A stretch of 63,527 nt of DNA, counting the filler, from Licmophora abbreviata (taxonomy: Eukaryota), in NCBI GenBank assembly GCA_900291995.1. It is 10 parts of 10 records of this genome, joined end to end, with 100 filler letters (N's around TTAATTAATTAA, not from the genome) between each part and the next. Parts side by side here need not be neighbours in the genome. Positions count along the whole stretch, not along the records: positions 35,724 to 50,556 come from OLMU01004095.1; positions 50,657 to 55,111 come from OLMU01004096.1; positions 55,212 to 61,243 come from OLMU01004097.1; positions 61,344 to 63,527 come from OLMU01004098.1; 6 more parts are not named here. One strand, given 5' to 3'. The notes below the pieces were generated by a model. The model had not been told where the DNA came from and ran no database searches. It was given only the letters and a program-made list of their open reading frames with translations. This document shows positions 50,467 to 61,466 of the stretch, one piece after another; the first letter of the stretch is position 1, and every line of letters begins with the position of its first letter. The position numbers and the translations under genes are program-made.

Positions 50467-51584
50467 ATGAGGATACCGCCGGTCGGCCTTGCCGTGTGCT
50501 TCTGGTCAATCCAGCAGGGGACTGCCTCCCATCCTTTAGGCAAGACTAGAATACATNNNNNNNNNNNNNNNNNNNNNNNNNNNNNNNNNNNNNNNNNNNN
50601 TTAATTAATTAANNNNNNNNNNNNNNNNNNNNNNNNNNNNNNNNNNNNNNNNNNNNGAAGAGTGTCGAGCACTTGAAGGCTCAGTCGCAGCTACTGATGC
50701 AATCGGCGGGACCGACCATGCTTTCGCTCTTATCTCCGAATGAGCAAGGTCTCCTCTCAGCACGTCAAATCTATGCGTTGGCACTCTTGGGGTCATCCTG
50801 TGGTTTCTATCTCTTTCTCTACTTCATTACAGTGGGCTATGCTCTGGGAATCACGCTTCCAATAGCAGTAGCGCTCGTTCTGGGACATGCGCATCACTCT
50901 ATCCCATTCTGGACAAACGTGCAGTCCACCCTCATTGTTGTGTGGGGAATTCGCTCCGCTTGCTATTTCATGTATCGAGAGTATGTCAATTGGCCACAGC
51001 TACACGACAAGGTCGTTCAGGTCGATGCGATGGCTCGACGCAGCTCCAAAGTCTTTTGTTGGTTGGCCTACCCGCTCTTTTACACGACCATGACGACGCC
51101 ATGTCTGGCGCGACTTGAACAGGCTGGAAAAATGGTTGGCTCCACGGAAACTTCCAAACAGTGGGGAGTTGTGGGAAAGTTTGGTATTTTCCTTTCGATG
51201 GTGGGTCTCGCCTTGGAAACGATTGCGGATCAGCAAAAGAGTACCTTCAAGTCATCGTCGACTAAGAACAATCGCAACGAGTGGTGTCACGTCGGACTGT
51301 GGAAGTTCAGCACGCATCCGAATTATCTTGGGGAAAATATGGTGTGGCTGGGTACTTTTGTGAGCGGAATGGGGGCGCTGCATACCAAAATACAGTGGCT
51401 CTCGTCCATTGTTGGACTTCTCTTTATCACCTTTGTGCTGAGCGGCGCAAGGTCATCCTTATCTTCCAAACACTGGCGCAAGTACGGAACCAACGAAGAC
51501 TTTGTTGAGTTTCGAAGAACTCATTGGATATTAGGTCCCATTCCTGGAACCAAACCAAACGAAAAACGAGTGTCGGTTCTATAA
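50467..51584 (+). CDS. DUF1295 (steroid 5-alpha-reductase-like) membrane protein, gap-interrupted
   Basis: WGIR, ETIADQQK..FK, GLWKFSTHPNYLGE. Confidence 0.85.
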
Positions 51585-51632
51585 TAATATTTTTAATAAC
51601 AACACCACAGCTACTCCCGCTGCTGCACGTTC

Positions 51633-53107
51633 TCATAGGAACATGGCTGCATCTTCTATTTCGCGCTGTCTTGCCTGTCGGTTTGCCCAGCTGCGCTCGA
51701 GCTCTTTCATATTGGCTGGCCAGTCGGGATGATAGACGCGTCGACCACAATCGGGTGTCAGACAGGCCGCACCAAAGGGAGGTTCCGTCATGAACTTGTC
51801 CAAGCAGGCATAGTGATACCAACAACCGCAATACGTCCGAATCGGACGTTGCTTTCGCGCCAGTCGACGCTCCTTCGTTTCCTTGTCAGAAGCATCTGTC
51901 GTCTTGCTCTTGTTACAATACAAGGCCTGTAGCGTATCAGGGTGCTCTGGCAGTGTCCTTTTCTGGCACACGGGACACACTTCTTCCGGTAGTCTTTGTA
52001 TTCGATTCTGAAGGAAGGTTACCAGCGACAACAACGATGGCTGTGGTGCAACATCACCTTCTGGCAAATTGTAACCCGTCAAACGATCTCGTTCTTGTTG
52101 CTGCCAATCAGCACCCTCTTCCAAACTATCCTTATCGAGCTGTCGTTCCGTCTTGGTAATTTTGTGAATCGCTCGTCGCGCATCCTTGCGTTCCTTGGCA
52201 GTGTGCGATTTCACAGTGGCGTTTCCCTGCCGCGTCTCCGCATCAATTACCCGCAGCTCCCGTACATGCGCCAACGTTTCAATGTCGTGTTTCAAACCCT
52301 TTAGCGTCTTTTGTGAAATGTGCACCGTCTCTTTGTTGCTGTTGTCATTGTGCTGGTGAGACGGACTTTGGATGGGATTGCTCATGCGAAAAGCATCCTC
52401 CGCCGTCATGCCGTCTTGCATGCGTCGTACCAATTCTTGGGCCTGAGCGGTCAACATGGCTTCCACTTTGGTAGGAAAGTTGGTAGATTTCAACGCGAGC
52501 TTACAAGCCTGACCCCATTCCTCGTGAGTAGTCGTAGATGGATATCCAGGATTGATCCGAATGGAGCAGGCGTAGTAGTAGCAGCAGTCACTATCTCTAC
52601 GGGATGCACTCTGCAGTCTCAGAACAATCAGTCCCTTGGTGTCGTTGAGCTGAATCGTCGAGCCATTCGCCTCTTGTTGATGAATCCGATCCACAACCTG
52701 CCGAAGTTCTCTCCAGCATGGCACAAAGAGATTGGTATCGATGAAGCGTGTCAAAAACTGTGCCACCGCTTCCACCTGTTGATGAGTCTCGGCGACCCGC
52801 ACCAACACTTCTGTCGAGACTTGACGCTCGAGCTTCTTCTTGAGTCCGGGTGGAAGCCAGGATGATGCTAAATCACAAATCAAAGTCTAGTGTGCGGATA
52901 GCCTTCAGGAAAGGTCAAGGTGGTCTTGATGCGAGCGTAGGGAGTTCGTTGGTAGGACCAAGTGACAAAATGAGACGTTGCAGCCGAGTGAACTTGGATG
53001 TTCTTGTTGACAAACTTATCCCTCAAATTGTCCAATTCTTCTTTCAAACTGGAACAAGGAGTGTATTTTATATCATCATTGCTAGAAGTAGAAGTACTAG
53101 GGGACAT
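51633..53107 (-). CDS. RWD-domain + RING-type zinc finger protein (putative E3 ligase); 1-nt frameshift near 52883
   Basis: LTFPEGYP and IRINPGYP RWD-like turns; CPVC...CGCWYHYACL...C..PDC. Confidence 0.68.
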
Positions 53108-53342
53108 GATGAGCAAGAGGTACGAGCGAGAACGTTTTTCGACGATGCTTCCGTCGGAATCCCATGGTCGTGTCGCAGTGAGTGTGATGTCTGCGATCTT
53201 TTTCTCTACATAAGACGGTTGAAGTGGCGCGCGCTAAATTTCTCGCACTGCGCGGAAAAGAAAAAAGTCGGCTTCCTACTTTCGTGATGATGTTGACCAT
53301 GACGGTGCGCCGTACCTCGTCCTTTTTCACACTGGCAAGAGA

Positions 53343-54137
53343 ATGCCACCACCATCCGCAACACTCGCATGTTTGCTCAAGACATTCTGGAATACGGTAA
53401 CTTTCTTAGGCATCATTCGTCCGTCCACACGCTTCCTTCGAAGATTCGTTCCTGCCTACCGAGATACAATGTTCTTTTTCGAACACGCACCGCAGGGCTA
53501 CGTCGCCTTGACCATTGACGACGGTCTTTCCAGGGGAGGTCCTACAACCAGTCTTGTATGGGAAGTGTGCGAGCTACTGCACTCCTACAAAGCGCATGCT
53601 ACCTTTTTCGTTTGCAGTCAGTACACGACTGCCGAGGAAGCACGTCTGGTGCTGGATGCGGGACATGAACTCGGAAATCACATGCCGGAAGCACTGAATG
53701 GATTCTACTACTTTAAACTTGACAAGGACCAGTTTCAACACGAATTTCAGAAAGTTAACGATATCCTCGATGAAATGGATGGTGGTGCAGCATCCACAGG
53801 TCGTCGTCGTCGGTGGTTCCGAGCTCCTCAAGCCAGAATGAATGTTGGGATGCGTGATACTGTGAATGCTGCTGGCATGCGACATGTCCTTGGAGATGTC
53901 TATTGCGATGACTGGGCCTATCCTAATGGTAACAACAACAGACATGTAGCTCCGCTCATGCTGCGTCAACTGCATCGTCATGGCAGCATTGCTGTCTTTC
54001 ACATGCCGGAACGTGGCTACAGTGAGTCATTCATGGATGCCTTGGAAGCCTTCTTGGAGGGTACAACGGCAAGAGGCTTGCAATGCATCACTTTGAGCGA
54101 AATGGAAAATTTGCAAACATCAACGCGACGACGATGA
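53343..54137 (+). CDS. NodB/CE4 polysaccharide (chitin) deacetylase-like protein
   Basis: VALTIDDG, ATFFV, GHELGNH, WFRAP, GSIAVFH. Confidence 0.85.
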   Translation: MPPPSATLACLLKTFWNTVTFLGIIRPSTRFLRRFVPAYRDTMFFFEHAPQGYVALTIDDGLSRGGPTTSLVWEVCELLHSYKAHATFFVCSQYTTAEEARLVLDAGHELGNHMPEALNGFYYFKLDKDQFQHEFQKVNDILDEMDGGAASTGRRRRWFRAPQARMNVGMRDTVNAAGMRHVLGDVYCDDWAYPNGNNNRHVAPLMLRQLHRHGSIAVFHMPERGYSESFMDALEAFLEGTTARGLQCITLSEMENLQTSTRRR

Positions 54138-54201
54138 GGATCAAAACTGTTCATTCCAAAAACTAGGGCGTTTACCCGTCACACATCAATACCAATCAAT
54201 A

Positions 54202-55507
54202 CTATACTGCGGATGACAGGGTCGCCCACGGCAGTTGCGCCTTTGGAAAGGGTTGTGGTCCACAGTAGTGCAAGAGTGCCTTGAGGTCAGGACACGTCAG
54301 TTCGTACGGTGGTGTTCGGTTGAAGGGATTCCGCGATCGCCTCTTCTCCTGCAAGACGGGTGAATGACATCCGTACGGGTCAGTTTCAAACGGCCTCGCC
54401 GCATTCTCCAGTTCCCCCTTGGTCGCCATCTCCAAGTCAAAACCAGTCGATGCGGCGGGGTCTGCTCCAATGTACTGAAATCGATCCGCCGGCCAGTGCA
54501 GTGCCGGAGCATGCAGTGTCTCGAACCGCTTGCGTTTGAAAGAAAAGGAAACCATGGTAATCTTGGCAGGGTAGTTGCCTGTCACTTCCTTGAAACGACA
54601 AATAGAAAAGAGTAGATTCTCAAAGCTGTCCGTCGCAAAGACTTCCGTCACAGTCCTTGCTCGTACTGTCGAAGCTTGCTCCTTTGTACTGTCGGGCCAC
54701 AGTTCCATGGCATCGGCCACTCGAAAGTACGAAGCCCCCTCCGTGAGGGGACCAGTCGAGGCACGCGTCTCTCCACCACTAAAGACCAGCAGGGCGGACG
54801 GATCCGCATGCGCTGCATCAATCCCACCCTGAATGTGAGCTACAATGGCCTGCGGGAGGCCTCTGCCCTTTTGGTAGTCAAATAAGTACCACACGTTCTC
54901 GTCCGTCCCGGCGTCTTCCAAATTCCCGGCAATCGTCACGCTGTGGCCGGCCACGACGATCAAGTGTGTCGCTTTCTCGGCCAGTGAATTCTGATTCTAT
55001 ATGAGAAAGATACAGAGGGTGAGAATTGACACGGCGGGGGTACTAGCAAGACGGGAAAACAGAAAACGCAAGCGACACTCACAAATGGTTGTACATCACG
55101 CGGTATCCAGGNNNNNNNNNNNNNNNNNNNNNNNNNNNNNNNNNNNNNNNNNNNNTTAATTAATTAANNNNNNNNNNNNNNNNNNNNNNNNNNNNNNNNN
55201 NNNNNNNNNNNACGCAAGCGACACTCACAAATGGTTGTACATCACGCGGTATCCAGGCTTGTCTTTGGTGGACCACTGCGCCTCGTACGCTCCCTGAGCC
55301 TGATACCACCTGCTTGACTCCCCCCGGATGAGGCTGCTGCGAGGACGCAAGCTGGTGTTCCCTGACATTGTAACGCGTGTTGTAGAGCAAAAAGACTGCC
55401 AGCATCATCAAGAGAGCACAGCCGGCAATCTTGGTCCTTTGCTGGTCTCGCTTTCGCAATTCTTCCTTCATGTTCATCTTTCGACGTGCCACGGGTGGAA
55501 TCGGCAT
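54202..55507 (-). CDS. DUF218-like protein with N-terminal membrane anchor, gap-interrupted
   Basis: IVVAGHSV, LLVFSGGETR, EGASY, ATDSFENLLFSICRF, FKRKRF. Confidence 0.72.
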
Positions 55508-55903
55508 TGATATTATGAGGCAACAGAGGGGAGGGGGTGTTGTCCTCCAAACACTAGGATCATCTCACAACACCGCGTTTCTATGCAGTCATTTTCAATT
55601 TTGTCATCGCGCTTGAAAGCAAAAAGAGCTTCGGGATCGGCTCGCTCGTCGTCGCGAGAGGCGCGCGATATATTTTGAAAGAGCTCGCAGCTCGAATCGT
55701 GTTTGCAGGACGAAGAGACCACGATGATGTGTGTAAACACGGCGCACTTTCCTAGGGGTTTGGCGGAGACTGTGGATTCATTGATTCCTCTTGGAAAGTC
55801 TCCAGGTGGACCCACTTCAGTACGTGAGCAGTAGAACTTGGTACGCAACATGACAATGATTTCTGTGATGGCCAATACAATATCATCATTCGAAACATCA
55901 CAG

Positions 55904-56932
55904 CTAGCGATGGCTGCCTTTCCCTCGTCTGCAGTCCCTAGCGATATGCCCTGCCGTTTGGCATACGTGACAGTGTATGTGATCGTACGGACAGTCATCA
56001 TTTCGTTTTCTGCAGCCATCGACGTGGTAGTTGTGATACCGACAAATCGCAATCGACTCATCCAGCGGGGACGCTACCATTGGGGCTTTCAGTGGGTGCA
56101 CTATGATCTCATGCTCATTCAGCTTTCGTAACTGGTGATGTCGAAACCATTCATTCGCCTGTTCAATGCTACCATCGTCCCTCAGCACCATCGCTGCAGC
56201 ATTTTTTACTCTTCGCCGTGAATCCAAAACGTTTGCCGCTAGTTCACGACTCTTGATCACAATCAGACGAGGCGAAAAACATTCACGAACCCAGACAATC
56301 ATTCGAATGACACTTGAAAAATCACGATTGCCCCCAATATCAATAAAGACAGCCGATGGCCCACCTAGTTTTGATGATGATGATGATGACGATTGCATCA
56401 ACGATCTCTGAACAAGCTTTTCGGCACCGGTAGGATCCGCCAACGCATCCATCTTGAAAGTCAAAGACTTGCAGTTTGATGATGAAAGCTGCTCGCGACA
56501 CTGCTCCACCATCTCATGAGAGGTATCAAATCCTATCCAGTAGCCTGCGTATCTCGTCAAAATCGCAGATGCTTCCCCAGTCGAACAGCCAATCTCCAGA
56601 ACGCTGTCCGACAGTGTCACCTGAGAGGCTGCCAAATGGCGGTAGTGAATCGTTTCAGGCGTGATGAGGATCGTACAAGCAGAGTCGCTCCAAGAATTAC
56701 TATACACAGGAACAAGACGCTTTCGAGAAACTTCCTTTGGTCCTCTGTCTTGGAAGTTTACCAAAACTCGCCCGTCGGCATGCAACTCCGTAATGATGCC
56801 TCGACGTCCTCGCTCTTTGGCCGATTTGGGACGAAAAAAGACCTCGGTTCCGGGTGTATAGTGCGGCGCCACGGGTGAGGGATACAATCGCCATGACGCG
56901 TTGTCTAAAGACAAGTCATCGGACTGACTCAT
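55904..56932 (-). CDS. Class I SAM methyltransferase with C-terminal CCCH finger and CCHC knuckle
   Basis: VLEIGCSTG, IGFD, C-x9-C-x6-C-x3-H, CHVCQTAGHIARDC. Confidence 0.78.
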   Translation of the reverse strand: MSQSDDLSLDNASWRLYPSPVAPHYTPGTEVFFRPKSAKERGRRGIITELHADGRVLVNFQDRGPKEVSRKRLVPVYSNSWSDSACTILITPETIHYRHLAASQVTLSDSVLEIGCSTGEASAILTRYAGYWIGFDTSHEMVEQCREQLSSSNCKSLTFKMDALADPTGAEKLVQRSLMQSSSSSSSKLGGPSAVFIDIGGNRDFSSVIRMIVWVRECFSPRLIVIKSRELAANVLDSRRRVKNAAAMVLRDDGSIEQANEWFRHHQLRKLNEHEIIVHPLKAPMVASPLDESIAICRYHNYHVDGCRKRNDDCPYDHIHCHVCQTAGHIARDCRRGKGSHR

Positions 56933-57138
56933 GGTGACAGGCTCCGTCCTTTGGTCGTGAATGAATGTCGTGGGTTTTGTGAGTGTCTTTTTTTCATCGA
57001 CAGTGCATCGTCGTCGCGCACCTCCGTCTAGCCGTCGCTTCTGCCTGTCCCTACGCCGCCGGTGTATGTTTTCACCGGCGACGGCAACATGAGTCGCTGT
57101 CGATCCTAGTATAATATCTCGTGCTCCTCGTCACCACC

Positions 57139-57369
57139 ATGACTCCTTCTCTCAGAACCACTCACGGTCGTCGTATACAACAACAGCCAAATCGACTGAC
57201 GCGTTATTTTCAACAAATGAAAGAGGAGTGTCCGGGAGAATTGCAAAAGTACGCAAGATGCGTCATGCAGCAGCAGCAACAAAATCAGGGGTCACTGGAA
57301 AAGAACGCATGTCAACAAGAATTCAGTCAAGTCAAAGCTTGCTTTCGGAGTGTTCGAAGACGGAAATAA
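57139..57369 (+). CDS. Twin CX9C (CHCH) mitochondrial intermembrane-space protein, NDUFAF8-like
   Basis: CPGELQKYARC and CQQEFSQVKAC. Confidence 0.75.
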   Translation: MTPSLRTTHGRRIQQQPNRLTRYFQQMKEECPGELQKYARCVMQQQQQNQGSLEKNACQQEFSQVKACFRSVRRRK

Positions 57370-58436
57370 ACATTACTCTGGGCATTCTAAAGTTGATGTG
57401 ACGACAGCATCTTGCAGAATTGCAACACGCGAACTCATTCTTGAGGACACTGATATATGGAGAGCTCTCGTATCGTGGCGAGCGTCTGGGACGAATGGTA
57501 GACATAACCGACAATTTTACTGAAGTTGCACCTGAAGGATTAACCTTTCATTCCACAAGAATTCAATAGGCCTTCCCAAACTTTATCGAATTGAATCTGT
57601 GATTGTTTACACGAAGTTTGTCAATTGTTCCTCATCGTTGGACGACTCTCCCGGAAGACGGACTCCAAATTGTCCTTGATAGGGACAAGTCATGTAGGAG
57701 CTTGGAGATGCCCTCGGTTATTGCGGTCCCAATAGCTTTGGCGTCGAATGTACCGGTGTAGCGGAGAATCAATCGTTGACGAGTCTGAGTAGGCACGCGA
57801 CTGTAGTTCCCGATAGTGACGTCATTGAGTCGTGGTTCTTGTGGCGCGCCGCGATGTCTGTGATGTCGCGGTCGATCACCTCTCTTGTCACTTGTCATAT
57901 CACCCCTGCCTCTTGGAGCGTCAACAGAAAGGAGCAGCTGTTGCACAAGATCAAGGCAGGAAGAAGCGTCAAGTGGTCGACGTCGATGTAGTCACCGAGC
58001 ACACCGAAGAAGGCAACCGCATGTTGGATTGTTAGAGTCAATGCTAGCTGCGGGGTCTCGCCGTCCCTCGTGAGTGTTCGACGAATGCATAGGAAACGTT
58101 CCCTACGATGTAGTAGAAAGTTTTGATCGAACATGGATTGCGTGTATGCATTCCAGAAGACTTGATCTGACGTGATGATGGCCGAATGTGTACAAGTGAT
58201 GGAAGCTGTGCCTGCTTTGAAACAGCATCATGATGCGTTGAGCTGTGTGGATTTGAAATACGGACGACGAGCAGGTCAGTGCGCGCGGTATCACACAACA
58301 ACCACACACGCGCGGGAACCACACACACACACACCAAAATCAAACTGCGTCTTTTTTTTTCTTCGAAATCCCATCATGATGACGAGGATGGCGTCGACAG
58401 GCTTTTTCCGTTGCGAGCCCATCACTGCACTGTAAA

Positions 58437-59888
58437 ATGAATCACCGAGTCCTTGTAGCTGCGTTGTATATTTTCGGGTCATGGACGTTGTGTTGTTCTT
58501 TCACAGTCTCTTCGACACCGAGAATACGGCATCTTGATGATTTGATGCGTCAACGAAATGGACGAATTCTTGCGTCGACATCATCCTCCGCAGTGCTAGA
58601 AACAGACAACGGGGCGATTAGCTCCCCTCTAGTTTCACCTCTTTCCTTGACGCTGGACGAGCTGTCCCTAGTCCTCGGCGGAAAAGGGAGAGCGCAGGCC
58701 TCTTGGGATTGTTTTCGTCTTGGAGTAGATCCCGCGTGGTACTACAGCGATGGCGACGAATCATTTCAAGCGAGAGAAGTACTCGATGCACCCTTGGCGG
58801 ATCTATTCACTGGATCGACGCGATCGGAACTGGATTCTCTTCTTTTTCCTAGCAATACTAATAGTAACCGTCAGCAAAGACGGATGGGACAAGAGGCTCA
58901 GACACGCCTAGTGCAGCATTTTCGTCGCATCGAACATGATGTGGCCATGTTGCAGCAAGTGCATGTCAGCAGCGATGGCACCGTCAAATTGTTGCTGGAG
59001 CTACAAGATGGGCTTGAAGTTGAGACAGTCGTGATTCCTTGGGACGATCGGCAATCTTCTACGCTGTGTGTCTCATCGCAAGTCGGTTGCCTTCAAGGCT
59101 GTCAATTCTGCGCCACATCCAAAATGGGCAAGTTGCGGAGTCTATCGGCCGATGAAATTCTGGCGCAGCTCTATTATGCCAACAAGCTGATACGACTCAT
59201 GTCTTCAAAGAGCAAGGCACCAACATCTTCTGGATTGTCGTCGTTCTTGTTGTTGTATCCGATTGATAATATCGTCTTTATGGGCATGGGAGAACCCGCC
59301 GACAATGTCGAGTCGGTCGTACGGGCTACCTCCGTGATGACGGATCGTCAAATGTTTGGTCTAGCAAGTCGACGCGTTACCATATCCACAATAGCACCCT
59401 CTCCCGAAACCTTTGGGCAGTTGGGACGAGCGCCGGCGGCACTGGCATGGAGCGTTCACTCGAGTCGAGATGAGGTTCGAAGAAAACTAGTGCCAACGAC
59501 CAAGCATCGCATGGTGGAACTTCGAGAAGGATTGATTCGTACATTACAAGGTCGATCCAGGCGACTGCGCACCATCATGTTGGAAGTGACCTTACTGCAA
59601 CATGTAAATGACAGCGAAGACGATGCTCGTCACCTCGCCGCCTTTTGTCGACCCATCCTGTCGTCCGTCCCGGGCGTCAAGGTTGTGGTGAATTTGATTC
59701 CTTGGAATGACATTACCGTGTCAACAGGCCTGACGTCTCCGTTTTGTTCCCCTTCGATGGATCGCGTGGTGGCATTTCAACGAGTGTTTGTGAATGAAGA
59801 GGGGCTTCGGTGTTTTATCCGAACGACGCGAGGAGACGACACAAGCGCCGCGTGTGGACAGCTTGCGACTGCACGCAAACAACAATAA
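58437..59888 (+). CDS. rlmN: RlmN/Cfr-family radical SAM RNA methyltransferase, organelle-targeted
   Basis: TLCVSSQVGCLQGCQFCAT, VFMGMGEP, VNLIPWN, RGDD..AACGQL; signal peptide followed by F. Confidence 0.92.
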   Translation: MNHRVLVAALYIFGSWTLCCSFTVSSTPRIRHLDDLMRQRNGRILASTSSSAVLETDNGAISSPLVSPLSLTLDELSLVLGGKGRAQASWDCFRLGVDPAWYYSDGDESFQAREVLDAPLADLFTGSTRSELDSLLFPSNTNSNRQQRRMGQEAQTRLVQHFRRIEHDVAMLQQVHVSSDGTVKLLLELQDGLEVETVVIPWDDRQSSTLCVSSQVGCLQGCQFCATSKMGKLRSLSADEILAQLYYANKLIRLMSSKSKAPTSSGLSSFLLLYPIDNIVFMGMGEPADNVESVVRATSVMTDRQMFGLASRRVTISTIAPSPETFGQLGRAPAALAWSVHSSRDEVRRKLVPTTKHRMVELREGLIRTLQGRSRRLRTIMLEVTLLQHVNDSEDDARHLAAFCRPILSSVPGVKVVVNLIPWNDITVSTGLTSPFCSPSMDRVVAFQRVFVNEEGLRCFIRTTRGDDTSAACGQLATARKQQ

Positions 59889-60011
59889 TGACATTGTACT
59901 ATGTCAGAAAGTAAGCAATGTTCGTTCCTGTTCTAGTATATTTCTTACAGAGTGCTGTTGTTGTTGTTTCTTGTTGAGCTCCGACATCGTCGCTTCTCCA
60001 TGTTAGAGGTC

Positions 60012-60809
60012 CTACTGTCCCTCGCCAACTAGTTCTCCTCCGACTACCGGCGCTTCCTCAATTTTCCCTCTTGTAAAGCTAACATAGGCCGTCCAAAAGA
60101 AGCTCACAAAGTGCCGAAATGGTAGCCGCACGTGTACCGGCAATGCAAACTGCACACAGTCCGACGGCCCCCAGAGCTTGATCATGGCCAGGTAGTCTTC
60201 TTTGAAATTGTTGGCATATTTGTTCCCCACACCCTCCTTGACCCAGTCGATGGGATTCCAAGAAGTACCTCCGACAAACTCCTTGACAGTATAGTAGGTA
60301 GGAAAGTAGAGGATGGGCATGTGTACGGCCAGGTCAAAGACCACCATTTTGGCGGCATCCAACAAGCCGGCAGTGTCCTTGAGTTTCTGCGCGAAAGTGA
60401 GCTTGGCGAAGCGATCCATGGTGGGAAACCACTGTCGATACTTGTTCACCATCAGCCAGTATTGAAACCCTCCCAAATAGGAAAAGCCAAAGACTACAAA
60501 GATGCCATTCCGCTTCCAGTCTACCTCCTCCAAGCTCTTTCCTTCTGCTACGACTTGCGTCATGAGATCTGCTGCCATGGTCTTTCCAGTCGCCACCATT
60601 AATTGAAAGGCAAACGGATTGTTCTTGGCAAAGGACCCCATGCTGCTGCTCTTTGCTGCTGCTTCGCCCATGACGTGTTGCTGTTTGGCAGTCGCCCGCG
60701 AAGTTTCGCTGGGTACACTGGCTTTGAGTGATTTGGTCGTCGAATGAAAGACTCTTCGGGCTGCCGGAGCCGCAATGGACATAGACCGACCTGCGTATAC
60801 TGTAAACAT
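60012..60809 (-). CDS. Mpv17/PMP22 family membrane protein
   Basis: AD...Q, DWKR...F..FG..Y.G, K.V.FD, LWGP...VQFALP...RLPF...VSFFWTAY.S. Confidence 0.85.
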   Translation of the reverse strand: MFTVYAGRSMSIAAPAARRVFHSTTKSLKASVPSETSRATAKQQHVMGEAAAKSSSMGSFAKNNPFAFQLMVATGKTMAADLMTQVVAEGKSLEEVDWKRNGIFVVFGFSYLGGFQYWLMVNKYRQWFPTMDRFAKLTFAQKLKDTAGLLDAAKMVVFDLAVHMPILYFPTYYTVKEFVGGTSWNPIDWVKEGVGNKYANNFKEDYLAMIKLWGPSDCVQFALPVHVRLPFRHFVSFFWTAYVSFTRGKIEEAPVVGGELVGEGQ

Positions 60810-61466
60810 GGTAGTGGCTGGTCTTATAGAGTGTATTGGACTACCGAAAGAAAGAGCAAAACCGGCACTGGACTGACACCATGTAGCCTGATGCAAGACT
60901 GTGTGTGTCCAGTGTGAGTGTGAAGTGAGAAAAAATGTAAATTGGTCAGCATAAAATTCAAACTGCGCGAGGTCGCAGTTGAAGTCTGACAGGGCCACGT
61001 ATGGCGATTCCACGTAGAATCTACGTAGAAAATGTTGGCTGACGTTCTGCAACTTGAAGTCTGATTGGCCCACAAAAAAGGAGTTGAGTCGAAGCATTCG
61101 ATACACAGAGGGTGGACGCACAGACTGATAGTAGGCGAACACTCTTTAGAGGTGTGATGATAGCATCCTAGACCCGACGACACAGCACTCTAGGTCGACG
61201 CGTCTCTCTCATTCCACCTTTATTATATATAAGCGATTGCTCCNNNNNNNNNNNNNNNNNNNNNNNNNNNNNNNNNNNNNNNNNNNNTTAATTAATTAAN
61301 NNNNNNNNNNNNNNNNNNNNNNNNNNNNNNNNNNNNNNNNNNNAGGGTGGACGCACAGACTGATGGTAGGCGAACACTGCAAACACTCTTTAGAGGTGTG
61401 ATGATAGCATCCTAGACCCGACGACACAGCACTCTAGGTCGACGCGTCTCTCTCATTCCACCTTTA

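Noticed and set aside
39783..56932. Secondary-metabolite cluster (strictosidine synthase-like, DUF1295, methyltransferase)
   Set aside because: No scaffold synthase; interspersed with housekeeping genes; SSL/APMAP proteins are widespread.
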